The position numbers were made by a program, and so were the translations under genes. 64,000 bases of DNA from Scyliorhinus canicula (lineage: Eukaryota), in the NCBI RefSeq assembly GCF_902713615.1, contig NC_052147.1, forward strand, positions 19,394,276 through 19,458,275, read 5' to 3'. Numbering within the stretch: the first letter of the stretch is position 1; every line of letters starts with the position of its first letter. This document shows, piece by piece, positions 1-10,451 of this stretch. The notes beneath the pieces are model-generated. The model did not search any database. It saw only the letters and a list, made by a program, of their open reading frames with translations, and was not told where the DNA came from.

Positions 1-865
1 AACCGCTGCAGTGATTTGTTGCTACGTTTCGAATCCGCTGGAGTGAATGGGGAAAATAATGGACCTACCAGGGGAGTTTGGCTTTTTAACGGGTACAAAC
101 TGAATGTAGCAAAAAGTGAGGCATTCACAGTGAACGGCCAGGGGAGGAGTGCGAATTTGGCTGGCTTGCCATTTAAGCTGTCCGAAATAAGGTTTCGATA
201 TCAGGGATACAGGTGGCCCAAGACTGGGCCACGCTACATAGGTGGAACTTGGCCAGTTTGGCAGAGGGGATAAACGGGGATTTGAAGAGTTGAGATGCCC
301 TGCTCCTGTCCTTGGCACGGACTGTGAAAATTAACATTTTTATTTGTTTTTCTGTACCTTCCGATATTCCTTCCAAAGGCGTACTTTTGAAGGGTGGATA
401 AATTAATTTCAGAATCTGTATGGGCGTGGCAGACGTTTAGGATTCAGATTTTTTTTGCAGAGAGGATGGCGGGTGGGCTGGGGGTGGGGGGTGGGGGGGC
501 TTGTGATTCCCAAGCCGGCAGCATTACTATTGGCGGCAATGTACAGGAGCTGGCATAGGGAAGGGGTAGAGTGGGTAAGGGGCCTGATCGCCGAGGGGAA
601 GTTTGCGAAGCTGGAGGAGTTGCAGGAGAAGTTCCAGCTGTCAAGGGGGAATGAATTCAGGTACGTGCAGGGATGGGATTTCATACGGAAGGAGCTCTCC
701 TCATTCCCTCAGCTGCCAAAATATACGCTCTGGGATAAATTACTAACTCCGGATGTGTTGGGGGAAAGGAGGATTGCAGATATTTACCGGTGGTTGCTGG
801 AAATGGAGAATGCGCCTGTGGAGAACATAAGATGGAATTGGGAGGAGGAATTGCGGATAAAGCTT
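1..865 (+). mobile_element. L1-type LINE ORF2 fragment (outer element, 5' part)
   Basis: Degenerate post-RT ORF2 peptides (FNGYKLNVAKSE; GLVIPK; KLEELQEKFQLSRGNEFRY; WEEELRI). Confidence 0.85.
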
Positions 866-2077
866 TTGCTAAAAATCTTTGTATTCTCCACATTTTCATC
901 AAACAACAAAATAAAAACAAATTAAGTAACAATCCTAAAAAATAGCCGCGTCAATATAAAGTCTGATACATTCATTGGTACATTCCAAATATGAATATAA
1001 GAGAAAAAAATAAACCAAGCCCACCTCCCCCCACCCCCGAGTGTTCAATAGCAGCATGTTCCCGAAAGTGCATGATAAACAAACCCCATGAATTGAAGAA
1101 CCCTTCCTCGCCCGCCTGCAGCTCGGGCCACTCCGACACCCCAAAAATGGCCACTCGGTTCCAAGTCCACATGTAGTACCCCTGAGATGATGCTAAAGAC
1201 CTCCCTCCAATACCTCTCCAGCTTCAGGCATGACCAAAACATATATACACGGTTTGCGAGGCCTCACCACTCACAGACATCCTCCACCCCCTCAAAGAAG
1301 CGGTTCATTCTCGCTTTCGTGAGGTACACCCTATACACAACCTTCAGTTGTATCAGCCCCAACCTCGCACATGAGGTTGAGGTGTTCACCCTTCATAGTA
1401 CCTCACTCCACAGACCTTCTTCCATTATCTCCTCCAACTCTTCTTCCCACTTGGCCTTATCCCTTCCATGGACACGATGTCCTTCTCCAGAATCTTCCCG
1501 TAAATTGTCGACACTGCCCCCTTCTCCAATCCCCCTACTGATAGGGCCTCCTCCAACAGTGAGGGGGCTGGCGCTATCGGGGAACTCGGAAACTCCTTCC
1601 TTACAAAGTCCCGGAGCTGCAGGTAACTAAACCATTCCCCTTGTGCCAGTCCGTACTTCTCCCCCAACTCCTCCAACCTCGCAAAGCGTCTCTCCAGGAA
1701 CAGGCCTTTTATTACCTTGATCGCCCTCTCCTCCCGTCTCCGAAATCTCCCATCCAACCTCCCCAGCTTGAACCTATGATTCCTCTTGATCGCATCTTCC
1801 CTGAACCAGCCCCTAACTGAAAGTGCTGCCTCAACTGCCTCCAAATCTTCAGCGTTGCCTCAACCACCCGGACTCCCAGAGTACTTGCCCGGCGCCATCG
1901 GAAGCGTCCTCAATCCCGACCCTTTACCCAGACCTTCCTCAATCCTAACCCACCAGGACTCTCACCTTACCATCCCCACCCCACCCATGACCCAACCCCT
2001 CACCTTCTCCGCGTTCGCTGCCCAATAGCAGTACAATAAGTTTGGGATGTCCTCTCTGCAGGACCACCTTCCTGACT

Positions 2078-2108
<31 letters not shown>

Positions 2109-4016
2109 ACTCCCAGACTATCGAGGTTACCACTTTGTCTATTTCCTTTAAAAAACGCCTTGGGTAAAAAGACTGGCATGCACTGGAACAAAAACAAAAA
2201 TCACGGCAACACATTCATTTTAATCGCCTGCACCCGGCCAGCCAATGACAGAGGGAGATTGTCCCACCTTGCCAAGTCGACCTTCACCCTCCCCACCAAG
2301 CTAGTGAAATTGTACCTACAGAGTCCCCCCCAGTCCCTTGCCACCTGCACCCACAGGTATCTGAAATGGGTTGCCGCCCTGTGAAATGGCAGTCCCCACC
2401 CTGTAAGACCAGGTTCCAATGACTGCGGCCCTCCCCACCACACTCCCGTTCACGAGCCAGTTTGCGCTTGCTGGTGTGGAGGCTTCTGCCCAGTCTCACC
2501 GGCGCCTCCTCTCTGTTCCCTCCCCCACACCGAGACCCTGGAAAAATACCCAGCAGATAAACAGCTAAACAAACCCTGTGCAAATACACAAGCCCCAAGG
2601 GCAGCACGGTGGCCTAGTGGTTAGCACAACCGCCTCGGCGCTGAGGTCCCAGGTTCGATCCCGGATCTGGGTCACTGTCCGTGTGGAGTTTGCACATTCT
2701 CCCCGTGTCTGCGTGGGTTTCGCCCCCATAACCCAAAAATGTGCAAAGTAGGTGGATTGGCCACGCTAAATTGCCCCTTAATTGGAATAAAATAATTGGC
2801 TAATCTAAATTTATAAAAAAAAATACACAAGCCCCAGAAAACCGGCAACGCAAATAATCCCAACTCCTACCCTTCCCAAACAGACAACTTCACACCAGTA
2901 AATTATTAATAAAAGACAGGAAACAAAACTATACACAACCTTCCAACACCCTACCCTCGGTCCAAGACCAGAGTCCAGTCCAATCTCTCATTCCTTCTGC
3001 CTCGACAAAAGCCTCTGCCGCCTCCACTATTTCAAAGTAAAAGTCCTTTGAGTTGTAGGTCACCCTCAACTTTGCTGGGTACACCACGCCGAACCTCACA
3101 CCACTGCTGTACAGTGCCCCCTTCACTCGGCCGAAGGCCGCTCGCCTTCTCGCCAGGTTACGTCCTGGTATATACGTATACCAGCTCCTGCACATTGCAC
3201 CTCCCGCTTCTGTTTCACCCAAATCAGGACCTTCTCCTTCACGCGGTACCTATGAAAACAAATTATTACCGCCCTTGGCGGTTCATTCGCCTTCGGTTTA
3301 GGCCTCAATGACCGATGAGCCCGATCCAATTCATACTGGGAGGGATCTTCCCCCTCCCCCAGCAATTTTGTCAACATCTCAGTGAAGAATTCAATCGGCT
3401 TTGGGCTCTCCACCCCTTCGGGTAGACCCACAATTCTTAGGTTTTGCTGTCTAGACCTATTTTCCAGGTCCTCCACCTTCGCCCTCAGTCATGTTGGTCT
3501 CCACCACCCTCTGTAGCTCCCCACCCATTGAGGCTAACTAGTCGTTATGCTGCGATAGAGCCTGCTCCACCCCCTTCAGCTTCTCTCCCTGCCCCCGCAC
3601 CTCGGCCGATGTCTTCGACACAGCCGTCTCCACTGGGGCAATCACCTCCTCCAGCAATACCTTCGTCGCTGCCATCATTTCCTTCTTCATCACGTCCATT
3701 GCTTCTCAAACCCCCCTGGCCATCACCTCGGTCACCTTCTCCACTGTGAAGGGAGCGACCCCACCCAGTGACCCAGCCTCCGCCATCTTTCTTGCTGCTG
3801 GACTGACCTGTACGCTCGACGCCGATCCTTTGCCTGCCCCCTTCTTCCTGACGGCTGTCTTCTGGCTTTTAGACATCCCCCTCCTTCCTTTGGTCTTCCT
3901 GCACCTGCTCATCTAAACATTGCCTCTGGGACCAGGCATTAAATTCCAAAAAACTGAGCCTCGAGCAGGAGCTGCCCAACGTACGACTTCCACCTACATG
4001 CCACTGCCCTAAGTAT
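866..4016 (-). mobile_element. L1-type LINE, 5'-intact and internally deleted, inserted into the outer L1
   Basis: ORF1 (EDLENRSRQQNLRIVGLPEG...LDRAHRSL...YPAKLRVTY) at ~2930-3880; ORF2 C-terminal part at ~1100-2460 (FRYL, WDNLPLSLAGRVQAIKMNVLP, HMFWSC); 18-bp TSD GAATTG(C/G)GGATAA(A/G)GCTT at 848-865 and 4017-4034. Confidence 0.88.
2599..2820 (+). mobile_element. Short tRNA-derived SINE (HE1-like head and core, poly(A) tail)
   Basis: GGGCAGCACGGTGGCCTAGTGGTTAGC head, GGTTCGATCCC B-box, A-tail, 16-bp TSD AAATACACAAGCCCCA (2582-2597/2821-2836). Confidence 0.9.
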
Positions 4017-4686
4017 GAATTGGGGATAAGGCTTGGTCGGGCGAGGAGGGGGGGGGCACCTGGAATGAAAAAGGTGGCTGCACAGGGCCCGTATGGCAAG
4101 GGTTCGATTGAGTGGGTTCTTCCCTGAGGTTGAGGACAAATGTGGGAGGTGCGGAAGGAGGCCTGCAAATCATACTCACAAATTTTGGTCCTGTCCAAAG
4201 TTGGGGGGAATCTGGGCATTGACTTCCATGACGCTGGGGGTGAGGGTGACACCACACTCTTTGGTGGCGATTTACAGTGTTTCAGAGCTGCCGGAGAAGT
4301 AAGAGGGAAAAGGGACCAATGTCGTGGCCTTCGCCACTCTGATTGCCTGGCGGCGAATCTTACTGGGTCGGAGGTTAGTCGCGCAGCCAAAGGCATCGGC
4401 GTGGTTGGGGGATATGGCGGAATTTCTACAACTGGAGAAGATTAAGTTCGCTCTCAGAGGGTCGGTAGAGGGGTGCCATGTAAGATGGAGGCTCTTTCTG
4501 TCTCTTTTTGAGGGCCTGTTTGTCACCAGCAGGTAGGGGAGGAGTCTTTTATATGAGGGGGGTGGAATGTTAGGGTAGTTAAGGGGAGAAACAGGAGAAA
4601 ATGACAAACTGTTTGAAACTTAGTGTATTTGTTTGTTGATTGTTTGCATTATTGATTATGTTTGGAATAAAATATATTTTAATAAA
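4017..4686 (+). mobile_element. L1-type LINE ORF2 C-terminus and 3'UTR (continuation of the outer element)
   Basis: CGRCGRRPANHTHKFWSCPKL Cys-rich motif, LIAWRRILLG...FLQLEKIKF, followed by an AATAAA-rich tail. Confidence 0.85.
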
Positions 4687-5433
4687 GGGGTGATCGGCCG
4701 ATGGGGTCACATAATACAGACAAACCAATCAGGAGACCAGGGTGCGGGAATGGGGTTCACCCTAGCAAGCGCAGGCTTTTGCCTCAGATCGATTCGGCAC
4801 ATTGACTGGCAGCCACGAAGCTCCAAGACTCTGTGAGGCAGCGCGTTGTAAACAAACACTCGTCGTTTCATACCTAGCTGGTGAGCCAAGGTTATTGCAA
4901 GTACGCAACTCAAAGTGCACCTCAGGAAACAAATAGCAGCGGAAAAACAAATAGCCGATCCCTCGTGTCAACGGCCTCAGATATGAAGAGAGACTTGAGC
5001 TTTTCAACTTTGGAAGGAAGTCTCTCAGAGATGATCTTACAGAGGCAGGCAAGCCAGCAGGAAAACAATATTTTGAATGAATTTGCCAGAATAGAACAAG
5101 GTCACACAATTATTAACACACAGAATGGAACTGGATGCAAAATTCCTGCTGTGATAATATGAACCAAACAGATGTTGCAATGGGTTAGTGTAACGTCATT
5201 TGAAATGAAGAAACGAAGGTGAGCGAAATGGCCATCCCCATCCACAGCTGTCATGTGATCACCCTCAACTCCACATTGGAAGTGAAGCAAATGATCAGGT
5301 GGCCAGTACTTGCTGGGGTCTCCAGCCCCTGTCACACTAACATTACAAGGGGAAACAACGAGATTGCGTATTTTGTTATCGGCACGCAACAACATTCTTA
5401 GGCAGACTTTCACTCGGCAATGGCTGCATTTCT

Positions 5434-5661
5434 TTTTTTTTAAATAAATTTAGATTACCCAATTATTTTTTCCAATTAAGGGGCAATTTAGCGTGGCCAA
5501 TCCACCTACTCTGCACATTTTTTGGGTTGTGGGGGCGAAACCCACGCAGACACGGGGAGAATGTGCAAACTCCACACGGACAGTGACCCAGAGCCGGGAT
5601 CGAACCTGGGACCTCAGCGCCGTGAGGCGGTTGTGCTAACCACTAGGCCACCGTGCTGCCC
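5434..5661 (-). mobile_element. Short tRNA-derived SINE (poly(A)-tailed)
   Basis: Reverse complement of the 2599 family; 15-bp TSD AATGGCTGCATTTCT (5419-5433/5663-5677). Confidence 0.9.
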
Positions 5662-5976
5662 TAATGGCTGCATTTCTGTTGTAATACAGTAACCTTGATA
5701 TTCTTACCCAACTTTGACTGGACTTTCAATATGAGTAATGCACCTGAAATACTCACTTACTGCCCCACATATTAGGTGGGTCTTAGTTACTTTGCTTTGT
5801 GTGGGAAGGGTGGAGGAGAATCTAAAGTAAATTATTCCCAAGTAGATCACTTGATTTACATGTTATTTAGATTTGCTCCAAAGGTCCATATTGTGGTTTG
5901 CTGCTCAATTCTTTGCAAAATGGCAAGGCAGATTTACTCTGCTGGAACGTATTAAAGGAAGTTTAAGGGTTGGCCA

Positions 5977-6185
5977 TGTGGTAATTGTCCCTTTAAGGAT
6001 AACTCAGCAGATTAAGGGTCACCTGGCCTGGGGTACAATTGGGACTCAGAGTAGGGAATCACCTCAGCGTGCAATTAGGGAGGAAGTTGAAGCCATGAGG
6101 CTACTGAACAATTCTTATTAATAAATACTTTTGTGTTCATTAATGGGGTCCCTGAAAGTGCATCATTACATCTGGCGATGAGGAT
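5977..6185 (+). mobile_element. Short LTR (TG...CA, 5977-6170) followed by a tRNA-Ser-like PBS
   Basis: TGTGGTAATTGTCCCTTTAAGG start, AATAAA at 6120-6125, ends ATTACA; then TC-TGGCGATGAGGAT (one CpG-type change from TGGCGACGAGGAT, complement of the tRNA-Ser(GCU) 3' end). Confidence 0.6.
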
Positions 6186-7979
6186 AAATTACCATGATGC
6201 TGCCTCTGACCCAACGCCTATGAGTATCTGTTTCAATGGAAGATTGAAAAACAACACTCACCAGAATGGGCTCTCTTTGGGTGAAATGTTTGAAATGTTG
6301 AGATATTGCCAGACTGAGTAATGTGGAATCAGAAAAGATGGACAATTACAATATGGGTGAGCAAGGAAGAGAACACGGCAAGACCCCTAGGTTAGAGCCC
6401 ACAAGAAGGGTGAGCGAAATGCAGAAATTAATCTTTGCTTACATTGTAGACCAGGAAGTAGGCCGGGGCAGGCTCAGTACATCGGAGAGGCTAAGGGACA
6501 GATGTAGAAGAAACCTAAATTGGCTGATAGAAAGAAATGTATAGTGAAAAGCAAATAAAAGAAAATAAAACTGTGAAGCAAGAGTCCTGGCTTTAAGTTA
6601 AAAAAAAAGAACCAAGCGAAAAAAACAAGAGTTGCTGCAGCGTTTTTAAAAAATCACACAAAAAAATTGCTTTCAGTAAAACCAAATACCCCAAGTGAGC
6701 TGCAGCGAGGTCTCCCAAAGCCCGGGAAAATCAAGAAGTTAAAGCTGAGGGGTCATCTCCCGATGTGCAGCATTAGAGCAGAGCCAGTGGGGTACCATGG
6801 TCACAATCGCTACACATTGGCTTCAAGCAAAAGAAGAGATGTTCTCAACCTTTTTAAAAAGAAAAAAGGTGACAAGTTAACAAATTTAAAAACAACGACT
6901 CCCATCGGATTTTGGGTGCGAGTGAAATAGACAAAAACCGTTAGATCACAAAAACAAGGAGAAAAAAAAGACTCTCCAAATGGCCAGAATAAAAAGCTCC
7001 TGAGATCACTGAGATCAGTAGAAGTGGAATTTTTAAAAATTCAAAAAATGAGCAGCCAGGTTTGTGCCAAAACTCCTAAAGCACAGGAAAAACAGAGAGA
7101 AAGCAAACAACTGCTGACAACTGAATGAAAAAAATAGATAACAGTCTTTAAGCAATAATACATGTAAACTGGCAATGCGCTTAAAAAGGCAACCACGTTA
7201 AGGAACAAACAGCTATGGGCAGGAAATGTATAGAAGAGCCCAATAGAGGGCACTCAAAAAAGGAAGGTCCATTTGCAACAAAGACTTCAAGGAAGAAGAA
7301 AAGGAAGACCTCAGGGAAGGCAGTGAAGACCTCAAAGAAGGGGCAACAAAGACCTCAGAAAGGAGGTACTTGAAGACCCCAGAAGGGGGGGGGGGGAAGA
7401 GGACCTTGGATAGAAGACCCCAAAAAGAGGGTAAAAGACTGACCCCAGATAGAGGGGAGACTCAAGAAAAGATCCATAGGTGGCAAACCCTAGAAAGTAG
7501 GAGGCAAAAGAATACCCCAGAAGGAAGTCCATGAAAGACCCTATAAGAAGTGCAACGAATGAATTGCAGAATGGAAACAAGTCAACACTTTGTTAGAGAC
7601 AAACAGTGAAGCCAAAAGGCTTTGGCTGAAGTCAAGACAATTAGAATAAAAGATCCATTTGTGAAATGTGTATGTCCAGTAAGAATGTGATGTATTCCCC
7701 TCAGAAGAAATGCAGAAATTAAAGACTTCAAAAGAAACTGGGAATTCTTGAACATGAAAAGAAATTAGCAAAAAGAATTAAAGCTCTGGAGAAGACATTA
7801 AATCAACAGGATGAAATGGCCAACAGCAAACCTGGAAAATAAAGAAGTAAAAAAATTACAAAATGAAGTTAAGAAAAGGGAGAAATTCATGAAACAATGG
7901 AGAATATGCTAAACTCCACGAAAATGCAACTAGAAAGTGAGAACAAGTCCAGTGAAGAATTGAATTGGGAGAATAGATT

Positions 7980-8460
7980 TCTTCCTCCGGTTCCCGCATT
8001 CCTCCTTTACTTCCCCCTTCCCTCTCTTTCTCCCCTCTCTTCCCCATTTTCCCCTCCTCTGTTGCCCCACTCTTCAACACCTCTCCTCTCTTTTCCTCCT
8101 CTCATCCCCTCTGCTCTGTTACCCCTTTTCTCTCTTCCCTCTCTCCTTTCTCCCACTTCCCGTCTCTTTCCCTATTCTCTTCCCCTCTCCCTCTCCTCTC
8201 CTTCACTCACCTTCCCTCTCTCTCCACCCCCTCCTATTTCTCCTTCTCCCCCATCTCTCTCTCTCCTCCCTGCCTCTCTCTCAACTCCCATCTCTCTCCC
8301 TCCCTGTTCTCTCTTTCTTTGCCTTTCTCTTTCTCACCCTCGCTTTCTCTCGCATATCTCTCCTTCTCCCTTTCCCTTATTCCCACCTCTACTCCCTGAC
8401 CCCCACTGACTCCTCAGCCATCGCCAAAAGGTCTCTCTGTGTTTCTCTCTCTCTCCCATT
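7980..8460. repeat. Polypyrimidine (CT-rich) low-complexity tract
   Basis: ~480 bp made almost entirely of C and T. Confidence 0.9.
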
Positions 8461-8616
8461 ACCACCACACAATGCCACACCCCCACAGAAAGCTCAGGTT
8501 GAAGGGCCGCCCGGAAAGGGGAATGATGCTGAGGCCAACTTTGCGGCGGTTTTCCAGCCAGTTGAGGACCAGCCATGGCTGTAGGAGTGAGGTAGGGCGT
8601 CGCGCTGGGGGCAGTG

Positions 8617-8650
<34 letters not shown>

Positions 8651-8653
<3 letters not shown>

Positions 8654-9058
8654 CAAATTCCTAGGTGTGCACATCATCAGAAATCTGTCCGGATCCACCC
8701 GTGCCATAATCAAAGACCCTTCCCACCCGGCTTACTCACTCTTCCAGCTTCTTCCATCAGGAGGAGATACAAAAGTCTGAGAACATGCACTAACAGATTC
8801 AAAAACAGCTTCTTCCCCGCTGTTACCAGACTCCTAAATGACCCTCTTATGGACTGATCTGATCTCTTCACACATCTTCTCTACTGAGTAGTACTGCACT
8901 CCGGTCTGCTTCACCCAATGCATGTGTCCATACATTTACATTGTGTATTTTATGTTTGACTTATGTATTTTCTTTTCATGTATGGAATGATCTTTTTGAG
9001 CAGCACGCAGAGCAATATTTTATTGTACCTCGGTACACGTGACAATAAACAAATCCAA
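8651..9058 (+). mobile_element. Rex1/Babar-type LINE 3' fragment
   Basis: FKFLGVHI...IIKDPSHPAYSLFQLLPSG and NRFKNSFFP; same family as 62511-63195; preceded by a poly-G run. Confidence 0.8.
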
Positions 9059-9286
9059 ATGTATCATAGAAAGGTATTTCGGCCGAAACGAAAAAATTTA
9101 ATTTAGACAGATATTATTTAAGTAATTAATTTCCTTGTATTTTTCAATGTAGGTTGCGGAGTACATATGATGCCTTTGAGTACATTTGCCTTTGAGTGCA
9201 TTTGTTAACTTTGAGCACATTTGGTAGCTTTGACTGCACTTGATGTCTTTGAGCTCATGCGACAGCTTCACTTAGTGCCTTTGAGC

Positions 9287-9625
9287 GTGGTAGCATGGTG
9301 GTTAGCATAAATGCTTCACAGCTCCAGGGTCCCAGGTTCGATTCCCGGCTGGGTCACTGTCTGTGTGGAGTCTGCACGTCCTCCCCCTGTGTGCGTGGGT
9401 TTCCTCTGGGTGCTCCGGTTTCCTCCCACAGTCCAAAGATGTGCGGGTTAGGTGGATTGGCCATGCTAAATTGCCCGTAGTGTCCTAATAAAAAAGTAAG
9501 GTTAAGGGGGGGTTGTTGGGTTACGGGTATAGGGTGGATACGTGGGTTTGAGTAGAGTGATCATGGCTCGGCACAACATTGAGGGCCGAAGGGCCTGTTC
9601 TGTGCTGTACTGTTCTATGTTCTAT
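9287..9625 (+). mobile_element. HE1-type SINE with CR1-like 3' tail
   Basis: tRNA head, V-SINE-like core, tail GGGCCGAAGGGCCTGTTCTGTGCTGTACTGTTCTATGTTCTATG; TGAGCGT flanks both ends. Confidence 0.9.
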
Positions 9626-10451
9626 GAGCGTATTTGCCAGATTCAAGTACACTCAATACCCTTGATGTCTTCAAATGCCTTTTTCTTTGATCATATTTGA
9701 TGTCAAAGGTGGAAAAACACTGCTGGCTGCATGAAAACTCCATTCCAAATGAGAACATTGAATGCCCAATTGGACCACAATCCCAGAGGCACTCTGTTAA
9801 TTGGACGGCTCCTGTACGGTCAGTCCAAAGGCTGCAGTGATTGGGGTCACGACCTGAAAATGATCCTGCTGCCCAGAAGAAAACCTAAGATGAGAAGGTG
9901 AAATCAACTATGTCCAATTCTGGGCCACCATGTTACAGAGAGGACATTCAGGCTTTGGAAAGATTGCAGAGGAGGTTCCAGAATGAGATCAGGAATAAGG
10001 GACTTCAGTTGAAGAGACTGTCGAAGCAGGGGCTGTGCTCCTTCCAGTAGAGACGTTAAGGGGAGATGAAGGGTTTTAATGCAGCAGATAGGGAGAAACT
10101 TTCCACCAGCAGGAGGATCAGTAAACAAAGAATAAAGGTTTAAGACAACTGACTAAAGAACTTGAGGGCAGATGATGGTCTTTCTTTAACATGGAGGGTT
10201 GTTATGGTCAGGATTGCACTGTCTACAAGGGTGATGGAAGAACAATTGTAACTTATAATAGCGAGCTGGATAAGTACTTGGAAAGGAAAACGAAGGGTTA
10301 AACTAATTGGAAAGCTCTTTCGAACAGTTCGCACCAGCAATCTCATTCTTCACTGTAAGATGGCTTCTAACCAAATTTCCTCACAATGTCGCTATAATCT
10401 TTATTAGTGTCACAAGTAGGCTGACATTAACCCTGCAATGAGGTTACTGTG

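Noticed and set aside
2599-2670. tRNA gene-like sequences at SINE 5' ends
   Set aside because: They are SINE heads continuous with the SINE body, tail and TSD, not standalone tRNA genes
7897-8409. 170-aa Ser/Pro/Leu-rich ORF
   Set aside because: By-product of a CT-rich low-complexity tract
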